Shown here: positions 1 to 11,149 of the stretch, one piece after another
How positions within the stretch are numbered: position 1 is the stretch's first letter
How the letters are laid out: each line of letters opens with the position of its first letter
Origin: Tubulanus polymorphus
Taxonomy: Eukaryota; Animalia; Nemertea
Assembly: GCF_964204645.1 (NCBI RefSeq)
Contig: NC_134028.1
Location: 12,075,263-12,139,262 of the forward strand
DNA: 64,000 bases
Direction: 5' to 3'
Translations under genes and position numbers: made by a program
Notes under the pieces: generated by a model
Database searches by the model: none
The model's input: the letters and a program-made list of their open reading frames with translations, nothing else
What the model was told of the DNA's origin: nothing

Positions 1-19
1 CTGTCTTAGAATCCTGTTC

Positions 20-270
20 ATCGGTGGATTTCGACAAAGCATTTGATAAGGCACAACATCAGCCATTACTAACTAAACAGGCTATTAGGAAACAGTATCA
101 ATGATAGGTCGCCCAAATGGCTCAGCAGTTATCTCTGAAGGAAAACTTATAGCCAAAATCAACGGAACGCCTCATCTTGGAATAAGTCGGTCTAACTAGT
201 GGAGTCACGCTAGGTAGTATCCTAAGTCATCTACTGTTTAATGTCCTGACAAATGACATACACAGTAATC
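20..270 (+). mobile_element. Degenerate LINE (CR1/L2-like) reverse transcriptase fragment
   Basis: Frameshifted pieces VDFDKAFDKAQH, KWLSSYL and SGVTLGSILSHLLF match the RT motifs DFxKAFD and SGVPQGSVLGPLLF. Confidence 0.7.
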
Positions 271-539
271 CAAAATATACCGCAAATCAATTGTGACAAA
301 GTATTGATGCGAATGACCTATTTAGTTCATCGACCATGTACCGAACACTATTATTGTGCCCCAGCATTTGGGGTCATTCTACTTGAACCCCAACATTCAA
401 TATGTCCACCAGATTCTGGTGATGATAAAGTCATTTTAATTTTTCTGCCAACTTCATTTCTTCTTTCATATTCATCTTACATTAAACATCATTAAGTATG
501 CGTCCCCTTATTGAAATTAGGTTAACTATCTCAATATAT

Positions 540-2147
540 CGATGTAACTAGGAAGACCTTATTTAAAATGTCGGTATTTTTATGTCGACTTTTTGCGATA
601 TTGTCTCAATAAATTGCCATACGTATCACGACATTTTAGCTAAAGGAGTGATAATTATGTCGACAGTACGCGGTTATGTTGAGATACAGACGTCGACATT
701 GGTGAAAGGCGTGATCCGTATAACGATTTATCGTGATATTAACACGATATATCGACTTAATTATGTCGATAAATCGCGATATATCACGTTTGTTCGACAT
801 AATTTCGTCATGATAAAAGGTAGCGACGGTTTTGTATGGGTCCCATATATACGGAAGTACGGAAGCGATAAAGGGCCTCGAGTTGTTGCGTTCCAACTCG
901 ACAAAGTCGCCATATTTATGTCGACATATCGCGATATATCGCTTCAAGTCGACATCAATATGTCGACATATCGTGACGTTTTGACGACATATTTCGTTTT
1001 CTCAACCATTTTCCTCGCAACAATTCGACATATTCATGACGACTTGAAACTCAGTCGCCATATAACTGGCGTCCTCATCTTATATTTAGACATGTCTTCA
1101 AATGACGGCTTGTCCCATGGAAAATGGGCGAAAAAGCGAAATTTGTCGTGAAAACGTCACGATATGTCGACATATTCATGTCGACTTGACGCGATATATC
1201 GCGATATGTCGACATAAATATGGCGACTTGTCGAGTTGGAACGCGACAACTCGAGGCCTTTTATCGCTTTTGTACGGAAGTGATAAGGGGCCTCGAGATG
1301 TCGCGTTCAAACACGACAAGTCGCCATATTTATGTCGACATATCGCGATATATCGCGTCAAGTCGACATGAATATGTCGACATATCGTGACGTTTTCACG
1401 ACAAATTTCGCTTTTTCGCCCATTTTCCATGGGACAAGCCGTCATTTGAAGACATGTCTAAATATAAGATGAGGACGCCAGTTATATGGCGACTGAGTTT
1501 CAAGTCGTCATGAATATGTCGAATTGTTGCGAGGAAAATGGTTGAGAAAACGAAATATGTCGTCAAAACGTCACGATATGTCGACATATTGATGTCGACT
1601 TGAAGCGATATATCGCGATATGTCGACATAAATATGGCGACTTTGTCGAGTTGGAACGCAACAACTCGAGGCCCTTTATCGCTTCCGTACTTCCGTATAT
1701 ATGGGACCCATACAAAACCGTCGCTACCTTTTATCACGACGAAATTATGTCGAACAAACGTGATATATCGCGATTTATATCGCGATATATCGCGTCCAGT
1801 CGACATGAATATGGCGACATATCGTGACGTTTTCACGACAAATTTTGCTTTTTCGCCCATTTCACGGGACAAGCCGTCATTTAAAGACATGTCTAAATGT
1901 AGGATGAGGACACCAGTGATATGACGATTGAGTTTCAAGTCGTCATGAATATGTCGACTTGTCGCGAAGAAAGTGGTCGAGAAAACGAAATATGTCGTCA
2001 AAACGTCACGATATATCGTCATATTCATGTCGACTTGACGCGATATATCGCGGTATGTCGACATAAATATGGCGACTTGTCGAGTTGGAACGTGACATCT
2101 CGAGGCCCTTTATCGCTTCCGTACTTTTGACATATAAGCTTCCGTAC
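540..2147. repeat. Cluster of ~415-bp palindrome-rich MITE-like units (termini TACGGAAGCGATAAAGGGCCTCGAG) forming a ~1-kb palindrome
   Basis: Units at 858-1274, 1273-1689 (inverted) and 1779-2124 (partial). Arms 769-1233 and 1314-1778 are reverse complements. Dense GTCGAC/TCGCGA/GATATATC micro-palindromes. Confidence 0.85.
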
Positions 2148-2355
2148 ATCTTTAGAAAAAGAAATAATATGTGATCTTTCATTAAGTAGGATCACTTGAA
2201 TGATCGCTTTAATATCACTTTAAAAAAAAAAGAATCTGCCAAATTGACCTTAATATTCGACACTATATCAGATTAATCGACTTCAAAATAGGCAAAAGCA
2301 TAAGTCTTTATTACGTTATTAATTGGCCTAATTATTCAAAAGCTTATAAAGTGGT

Positions 2356-2812
2356 CGACAAAACCAAAAAAATCAATTGTCGCGGGCGATAAAACCAAAA
2401 TAATCAATTGTCGCTGGCGATAAAACCAAAATCTTGAATTGTCGCGGGCGACAAAACCAAAATATTGAATTGTCGCGGGCGACAAAACCAAACTAATGAA
2501 TTGTCGCGGGCGATAAAACCAAAATAATGAATTGTCACTGGCGATAAAACCAAAATATTGAATTGTCGCAGGCAATAAAACCGCAACAAAAAAAAAATTG
2601 TCGCGGGCGATAAAACCAAAATAATGAATTGTCGCGGGCGATAAAGCCAAAATAATGAATTGTCGCGGGCGATAAAACCAAAATATTGATTTGTCGCGGG
2701 TGACAAAACCAAATTAATGAATTGTCGTGGGCGATAAAACCAAAATAATGAATTGTCGCCGGCGATAAAACCAAAATAATGAATTGTCGCGGGCGACAAA
2801 ACCAAAATTATT
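2356..2812. repeat. 31-bp minisatellite (~14-15 copies)
   Basis: Unit AATTGTCGCGGGCGATAAAACCAAAATAATG read directly; explains the repetitive minus-strand ORFs at 2336-2805. Confidence 0.95.
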
Positions 2813-2912
2813 GTTTTGTCGCATTATTTTAGTTTCGTCGTTTTGTCATAATGTCGCCCTCATTTGCATATACGTGTTTTTTTTTACGCATGGCCCTTAT
2901 CAGCCACCACAC

Positions 2913-4585
2913 TAAAGCCTTAAGGTCGCGTAAAACTCGATAAACACTTCAAGCGACACAGCGAACGATCTCCTTTCCCCCACAGCGAATGCTTAACCTA
3001 GTAGAGGCTACTAGCCTATGTAGGCCTAACATCCGGACAGATTGGTCGTAGGCCTATTGAATAACAACCCACCTAAATATCGTAAATTTTGTTTTGAAGT
3101 TCAATCCAATGAGTCCGTTAATAAACGCAACAATTATGCTGTGTTTGTTTGAGACAGTAAAGCTCAGTACCGGTAGGCCTAAAGCCGCGTCAAACTCGAT
3201 AAACACTTCAAGCGACACAGCGAACGATCCCTTTCCCCCACAGCGAACGCTTACTCAGAATGTCAAGTGTGAGTCCAGCATACGGAAAGGATTGTGTTAT
3301 ATACTTGTATTTAGTAAATACCTTGTGCATTTGACAATGATCGGTATGTACTGTAGGGAATATAGAGTATTGATGGTATTGATATACAGGTTGAAGCCCG
3401 CGGCCGAATAAAGTAATATATTCTTTTATTTTGATACCTCGTCGACATAACAGCTTTTCCCCGCTATATCTCTTCGGCGTATTTCGTTTAGGCCTACGAC
3501 TCCCCGTTACACTTATGATTTATCTTAGTAAATAGGCTATACGGTAATTTGATTAAGAAAAATAGGTATTTCTAATCTAACTGCTTGACGCCCGCAGCCA
3601 AATCACTGGTAGTAATAAATTAATTTGTACTCGATTTGATTCTCACGATGAGGTGAAACTCGCAGCTGATCCCCGGAACGACGATGTAGTGCCACACGTC
3701 GATTCGTCGATGTTTACGGCTCGACAGTGCTTTTAAAATCTAAAGTAGTAAATTTCCTGTATATCGGTAATACGATTTGATGAGGAAAATGGGCTATTGT
3801 TAAAATTAGTTTTTAAAAACCGCGACAGAATGTGCAATCTTTGGGTAATAAATTTGTTAATTTATGCTTGAATTGATAATTGATGTGACAAGAAACGAGC
3901 GGTAGATTTCGGAAAGAGGACTTAGAAAAACATGTCGGCTCTTTGAATGGGGCTCAATTTTCGATGTTTACGGCCCGACAGTGCTTTTGTAACGATGATT
4001 CTTCAAAATACGCACAGGGTATTTGTAGATCGAAGTGAGCTGAGTGATATCAGACGGATTGTATCGACAACAGCGGCAAGGTAACAAAGCCTTTGTTCTT
4101 TTGGTAAAAATAGTGTGGAAGAAAATAATAATAATATAGCTGCAAAGCAGCGATAACGGGTTTCTGCCTTGCTGGATGGGGAGCGCCACCTAGGGGTCAG
4201 CTGATAACATGGCTATGTTGATTCACATGGGATACTACGCGAAAAGTTCTAATGTACCAAGGTTAGGGGATATGACACCGAGAATAACGAAGATACGGTA
4301 CGGTACGATACTACTGAATTACAATCGAAAAAACTGATGCTAGAATGAGTTTTCAACATTAACGCCCCTAGTGGTTAGAATAGGAACTAATTATGTTAGG
4401 GATTCGTTGTATCTTATATCCAGGTACATGTATATCAATTTTCATACAGACCCCTTTATCCGCTTAGTAGCTATCAATGAAAATGCATTTCCAGCAAAAT
4501 GTAGGTGGCGCTCAGGCAGCAGAAACCCTAATAATCACGCGGATATCAATAGGGTTTTCTGTGAAAGAACAGAAAACCCTAATAA
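2913..4585 (-). mobile_element. Helentron/HINE-like non-autonomous element (outer), copy 1
   Basis: 5' terminal hairpin AGGGTTTTCTG...CAGAAAACCCT at 4550-4580; body 3006-4130 is homologous to 49092-50238. Confidence 0.7.
4133..4534 (-). mobile_element. Helentron/HINE-like element (inner, internally deleted)
   Basis: On the minus strand: 5' TTATTAGGGTTTCTGC, 3' subterminal AGAAACCC, stem-loop GCTGC-TTT-GCAGC, end TATATT. Homologous to 50239-52042 and 43803-44971. Confidence 0.75.
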
Positions 4586-5121
4586 AATGACCAGCCCCGT
4601 CGCTAATTATGCACACTGGAATTAGGGGGAGCTTAAATTCCCGTTCGTGAAACCCGAAACCCGACCCTGGTGAAAATGCGATCAACAAGATCAAAATTGT
4701 GACATCGTCAAATAAACAGGCGTTCGAACGAGACGTCCGCCCACCTACATATACATATATAGTCCTATAGTCCTATAGTCGCCTTTTTTGTTGAGTATAA
4801 TATTTTCCGTAAATATTATAACACACTAGAAAACGAAAACATGTGGATAATTTGGAAGAAAGGGTTATAGTGTAGGTAAATATATTCATATGTATTCTAA
4901 TCCAATGGTTACTGTGGTTGCATAGCAACTGTGAAACTACTGAAATCTGCACACGCAGACGTCTCGATTAGCCTAGTGACCGAGGTCAGGTTAGCTATCG
5001 CTTATCTCAGGCGAGACATGGTTACGTAAATACGTCTGGACTGAGGAATATTGTATACTCGCGCCATGTGAGAACAGAAAACCTGGAACGAATGAAATGT
5101 CCGGCTGTCAAAAGGTAATAG

Positions 5122-5390
5122 CAGAGCCGTCGGAAGGAATTTTTAAGTGGCGAGGCTTATTTCTGAAGGGGGTTTAGGGGCCCTCCCCTAGAACAATTTT
5201 GAAAATTCAATCGCCGGAGATGCGTTTTGGGGCCATTTCACAGTCTCATTCACAGAAGCATGAGAAGCCGTGAGCCCACCACCTAGTACAGAGAACGACG
5301 AGCTGCTACGCGGTACAGCGTGCTTTTGAAAAATATTTTGTTAAGCAAAAAAGTGGGGCGGCTTTGGCCGCCCCTGTTCCGACGGCCATG
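5122..5390. mobile_element. MITE with 5-bp TSD (hAT5-like)
   Basis: TIRs CAGAGCCGTCGGAA / TTCCGACGGCCATG; AATAG on both sides (5117-5121, 5391-5395). Confidence 0.75.
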
Positions 5391-6309
5391 AATAGAGATG
5401 TTACGAGAGGTCATCGGTTGGTTTTTCGATGTATTTGATGATGCGCTATAACTTAAACCATAGCGCCGAATCGATTTAGGGTGTTTTAGTAAAAAAAGTA
5501 GAATCGGAACAGTTTTCCAACTTATTACTACCAACGGAATTCCTTTGTAAAAGTACATAATTTCTAAATTTTTGATATATCTCGAATATCGTTGATGAGT
5601 CATATATAATGAAGGTCGAAGGTTTAGAGGGTCGATTTATTGGAATTTTAAAGGCATAGTTATATAATTTCTGGAATGAAAAAAAATCAAAGTTTGGAAC
5701 TTAATGATAGTGAAGTTTCAGCATGTCTCCTTTACGATGAAGGATTCAATCCGCGATGTTGATTCTACTTGCTTAAAGGGCACATGTACAATTAATAGAA
5801 TATCATGTCATACTTTTTCTATGAAGTAATATGTTCATAAGTTATAATATGCTACTGATTATCATTTCAGTCATTTCCTGAAATACACTTATAAATTGGC
5901 AGTTTGAGCAGGTGTTCACTGTATCTAGATGTGTGCAGGTACGTGTTCCTGACGTCATCTCTGTTGAAAGCTTACTGTTTACTCAGTTTCTACTCATTTA
6001 AAAGGGGTATTTAAGATTTTTAAAATTAATGATTTCTAAAGTATTGTTGGTGCCATCGTATATGATATGATAAACATATATGTTAGTGGGTGCATCATAT
6101 AGCCGTGATATATAAGAGGGCACAAATTATGACTATCAATTGCATACGTATATGGGCTAGAGAGCGCATACGTGCTTAGGTTTATCACCGACATACCGTG
6201 AAAAAAGCAACAGTGTGTTTGGTGAACTGTGTAGACAAAGTGAAGAATAAATAAACGACGCATTTATAAGTAATCATTCCTTTGCGAAATAAGCATTGCA
6301 TTTATCAAT

Positions 6310-6470
6310 CACGAAAAGTACAATTCATTGGCCATGTGGCCAAAAGAAAAAACGTTTGAGACGCTGAAGCAAGAGTTTCGGTGGGCTGCAATCAAACCCT
6401 GGCTAGTATGGCACCAGAGAGGCGATCCAACGTTTATTGGACAGTGTCTGTCATCGAGAGGATTTCCGAG
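6310..6470 (+). mobile_element. Possible degenerate Gypsy-type integrase zinc-binding fragment
   Basis: Pieces GHVA / KTFETLKQEFRW / TFIGQCLS resemble GHxGxxKTxxxLxxxFxW...CxxC; short and frameshifted. Confidence 0.35.
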
Positions 6471-6837
6471 GCTGCGCCAGACGTGATGACACAATCAACT
6501 GGGACTATCGTAGCTACGTCACCAAGCAATGATGCTGACCTACTATTTTGATATCGGAAAAGCTGACCATGTGAAGAAATTGATATCTGTTATCACTCAT
6601 CACCGCTCAATGAGATACACGTGAGAATCCCACCTGTTGCTGACGCACTGTTGCCGGGGCACCGCTCCAGGGGAAATTAGTACGTATGATCACAAATGTG
6701 AAAATACAGTGTTAAGTATTATAGCAATACAACACGACAAGTTGAGTCGCTTTATCGCTTTTCTAGCAATCAATAAATGCTCCTATTGTGAGTACTGATC
6801 ACGCCGCTTAAAGCGTATGTATGTTTCAATACGCATT

Positions 6838-6988
6838 GTCGAAATTCGACTTAATAAGTCGAATTTCGACATAATTATGTCGAATTTCGATTTAATTAAC
6901 ACGAAATTCGACTTATTATGTCGAAATTCGACTTAATAAGTCGAAATTGTGAAAAAATTTTCTCGTATGTCACCTAGGGGCTTCCGTA
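6838..6988. repeat. Palindromic micro-repeat MITE end (CTTCCGTA terminus family)
   Basis: Tandem GTCGAAATTCGAC-TTAATAA units ending in GGGGCTTCCGTA, the same terminal motif as the 540-2147 cluster. Confidence 0.6.
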
Positions 6989-8122
6989 TGCTACTGATGT
7001 CGATTTCTATTCTTTTATCTCATCATTCCAGAGAGCAGTGGAAATATGTAGAGATTTAGGGGATGAGGGTTATTAAGGCTTGGGTCACATAATTTTTCTG
7101 AGATCGGTAGATCACATTTTGCGGCCGTAAAAGCGCTGCGAACCGTAAAAGCGTTCATTGTTTGTGTTTTCCCGATCTCCGTTTACCTTACGTTGTACAT
7201 GTTTTATATATAAGTGTAACACGGAAAATCGCAGTGCCGGGTATTGATGTGCAGTCGCGGCCATGGCCATGTTACAGAAGGTACCGGTATAATACCACGG
7301 AGTATAAATGTTCTAAACTCGAAAGGGGGGACACCTTTAGATGTATATGAATCCATCGGGTAATATGTAAATAGTATGTTCCGTAAAAAATGTTTGTTAT
7401 GTTTTAAGATACGTTTTCATTTACCTCCTAAATAAATGCTGTTCTTCCTCCTCCATATACCATAGAAGTGATTGGAGTGTAATGAATATTCGTATTCGTA
7501 TTAAAAGTATTGAGAGCAATCTGATCGATTAGTATTAAAACATGTGTGTGTAACTGGAGCTTTTATATATATATACGTATTTATGTGCGCTCTCATTTCC
7601 AGCCATTTTCGGTTTAGGGATGAAAAAATGTTCTTTTCTATGGAATTTGATAGATAGGCGGGCAGAAAGCATCTGTTTATTTTATATCTTTCAATTTCAT
7701 GGGCTTGCAGATATTTACTTCTTGATGAGGGGATTCGATAACTTTCATTAGAAACTTTCTCTGTTGTTTAGGGCTCGGGAACAATTGATGGTTAATTGAT
7801 TAAATGGTTAAAGAGGCGAATAACATATAAAGGTCGATTCGGTGACGAGAAAAACGACCGAGCAATACGCACGTTCTTAAACCAAGATATTAATAGACGC
7901 AACTTAATAAACTCCTGACGTAAAGCTACAGCTGACCGCTCTCGTGGTCGCATACGCAATCGTGTTTAGACGTCTGGATTGGCTCGCGCCATCACCTGGC
8001 GATTTGTTGTCAAGGTCGAGGTCGAGTTTGTTTATCAGCAGAGTAGACATAGTTACGTAAAATGTCTGGACTACGGCATAGTGTATACCAGCGCCACCTG
8101 GCGAATAAGTAGCCAGCTTCAC

Positions 8123-8450
8123 ATTTTGAATCGGGAGCTGAACCAGTAGCTGGCTCCCGGTTCCCGATTCGGCTCCCGATTCAAAATGTTTTTGAATCGG
8201 GAGCTGAACCAGTAGCCGGCTCCCGGTTCCCGGTTCCCGATTCGGCTCCCGATTCAAAATGTTTTTGAATCGGGAGCTGAACCAGTAGCCGGCTTCCGGT
8301 TCCTTATTCGGCTCCCGATTCAAAATGTTTTTGAATCGGGAGCTGAACCGGTAGCCGGCTCCCGGTTCCCGGTTCGGCTCCCGGTTCAAAAGCATTTTGA
8401 ATCGGGAGCCGAATAAGGAACCGGGAACCGGGAGCCAGCTTCACAGGGGT
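8123..8450. repeat. Tandem array of ~66-73-bp self-complementary units
   Basis: Four units TTTTGAATCGGGAGC...GCTCCCGATTCAAAA plus a fifth with an inverted core. Confidence 0.9.
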
Positions 8451-9116
8451 CTTATTATTTTATCTTAACTATAACTATCTGCTCATTTGTTTGTTTAGTA
8501 ATTCATTAATCCATGCTCAGACAGACTAATGTATCAAACAATGACCAGTTTGGCACCTGTCACCTTTCACATCCACACAATAAAGTCAGAATTCTATCAA
8601 GCTTGGACCGTACATTGCTACACTCATGAAGTTTGCATGCTAAATTAGGGAATTCCATTATATTCGGCACAGAAAACTAAATGCACCTACCCGATTATGA
8701 AGTCCAAGGCCAGGACTGTTGAAGTGAGCCCACGTGCGCACAGCAGATCAACAAGAAGAATGAAGGTATTTTTCAGTTTCTGCTTTTACATTGTGAATTA
8801 AAACTTAACTGATTGTTAAATCTGTTAATCAAACTGGCTTATTAGGTGAATCTGGATGAAATCCATGTATTTTGGGCGAAAAGTTGCCCTACACTTATTG
8901 GCAGGAAAATAAGGTTTATGATATTTGATGCGTGATTGGATGTCAACAAATCCAGTTGTGGTGAGGCAGGTTTTGTTCCGCTGAGTATACTCAAATATGT
9001 TTTCAAACAGAAATAAAAGTACATCATCCATTTCAGGGCATGTTTATATAGACTTGGTATTTGTGCACACATGTCTCTGGAAATGGATGAAACATTCTTT
9101 ATCAATAAAAACTTAC

Positions 9117-9254
9117 ATCTCCAAATGATTTAGGTGTTCCTGAAATGCCACCACATGCCTTCGTAATTTCACCTTTGAAAATCAGTTTGTTATCCAAAGC
9201 TATTTCTATGTCTTTAGCTCCACGATATGAGTGAATACGTGATTTGTTATAATT
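9117..9254 (-). CDS. KATNIP: KATNIP coding exon (last recoverable in window)
   Basis: Acceptor tttCAG, donor GTAAGT; 138 nt, phase 0/0. Translates NYNKSRIHSYRGAKDIEIALDNKLIFKGEITKACGGISGTPKSFGD, continuing the RIW|NYNKSRIHS motif. Confidence 0.95.
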
Positions 9255-10039
9255 CTGAAATGAAGAAGAAAATCTTTGGACTAGGAACAGGAGAAAACAA
9301 CCTAGCGGCTCATGGGCCTTGTTTAGTTCAGCATCAGAAACATATCATTCTCATCAGAAATCGTTCTTATTCTTGACAACCCTGGTGGTCCCTCTCTACC
9401 TGCTAACCCATTTGTGGTTTTGAAGCCATTTTTGTGAAGCGTCACTTAATTGTTTATGCTAGTGCCCCGGCCGGCCCTTAAATAAACAGAAATGGGCCTA
9501 TAATTTGATTTATTTGATGTACTAAAGGAATCCAGCAGTAGTATTTTGTGTGATACATGTTGTGACCAGCATTATATTGCCATCTTGTGAACGAAAATTT
9601 ACATTTTGTGTAATCCTGTTTTGTTGTTGGGTCATTAGGCTAGGCTAACTCCATTTCATCTTATCGTAATACCTATCATTAATGGAGCCAATAAGAATGT
9701 CTTTCCCGACAGACCCTGGTGACCCCGACATCCTTCCTGTAGAAGGCAAACGGTATCGAGAATGATGACTAGCCATGCAATTTCATCAGAAAAAATGCCC
9801 TATACTTGGAAAAGGCTTTAACGTGCAATAGTCCATCATTCCAGACCAACATCTATGTACCGAAAACCGACTTAATGGGTCACAATTTTTGCCGAAAATA
9901 AAAAATCCCAGACAGCTCCGACGAGATGATCGATGAGACTAGAAAATACACAATATCCGTGTATGATGAATAGCAAGGGAAATCTCACAATAAATTCAGC
10001 CAATAATGAAAAGTTCTTTATTAAAATGATTATATTTTG

Positions 10040-10314
10040 AGCAACGTTTCGGCTGTGCGCGCGTGTCTGCAACCGATCGATAAAACACATACACATCATA
10101 GTAGATACAAAATCAGTGTTGCAATGCAATACGCAACATATTAAGTAAAACAGGCGCTGAACGCTTTTACGGTTCACCTGATTACCAATCGCGCCAGACC
10201 AGCTGAGTGACTGAGACCATCATAACCCCCCCCCCCCCTCTACTTTTACATCATTTTTGGACTATTTGGAAAAATGATTTGTTTCAATACCAAAATCCGC
10301 GGGGAATTCTCCTG
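10040..10314. mobile_element. Partial copy of the CAGGGATGA-terminus MITE seen at 46811-47319
   Basis: Collinear similarity to 47030-47315 (GTCTGCAACCGATC...CCGCGGGGAATTCTC). Confidence 0.7.
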
Positions 10315-11149
10315 ACCAAATCCTATCCATGTTATAATTGCACCGGGGAGTAAGTGCTAATACACAAAAATATTTTACTGCTGTTTGACTGAGTAGAATC
10401 AAGAGAAGCTAAGACCATTGACAGATATCAACACAATCCTAGCGACTAAAACAAGATACCTTTCATTTTCATCATCCCAATGAATGATATCATAGACATC
10501 AATATAGTATCATGGACATTAACAAGGTGCCCGTGGGCACAGTGAGATTCAGCTTTAAAAGTAAATAGTCATGTGCTTGACAAATTGTCATGGGATGATG
10601 ACATGCCTCTCATAAAAAGAAGAGTGATTGACCCAACACTGACCAAGAAACCCAAAAATTGATCGAGGGAACTTATTTGGACCAATGCCTGCTGTAATGT
10701 ATGAATAAACACTCAAGTTCTAGTGTTTGCATGAATTATGATTTTGGTTACAACCTATCAATTTGGCCTTTGCCAAGCTGTCCAGTTACAACGCATGAAA
10801 CTGGAGACCAAGCAGCAGCAACGGGAGTAGTATATTTTTCTAATCATTAATTCTTTCTTTATTGCCACCCTCAAAGGTAAATGTGCTACTGTCGTGGGAT
10901 TCTTTTTCGTCTGTAGTTTCTGTATATTCATCATCTGAAAAGAATAAAGGCAAGAAATTAACTAATGAGAATAGTAACACTTGTTCTGGTTATTACTAGT
11001 GGTATAACTTCCTATTGCTTTAAATATTTAAAATAAATATACTAAGTCATGTAGAACTTGAATGGAGCCGTTAATTTCAATAAGTAGCATATTCTCTATT
11101 GGGTTTATAGTATGCAAGCAACTGCATTAAGGTAGGACCAAAATGTAAG

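Noticed and set aside
582-2130. Long ORFs on both strands (189 aa, 222 aa, paired 89 aa)
   Set aside because: Mirror-image translations of the palindromic repeat cluster; no protein motifs.
2336-2805. Repetitive ORFs, and a possible CRISPR-like array
   Set aside because: 31-bp tandem minisatellite with no unique spacers, in eukaryotic intronic context.
7904-8395. 163-aa ORF with NREPNREP repeats
   Set aside because: Translation of the hairpin tandem array.
7056-10314. One element spanning the 9117-9254 exon (inverted GAACCGTAAAAGCGTTCA at ~7140 and ~10158)
   Set aside because: No matching TIR pair or TSD; better explained as two separate fragments of related MITEs.
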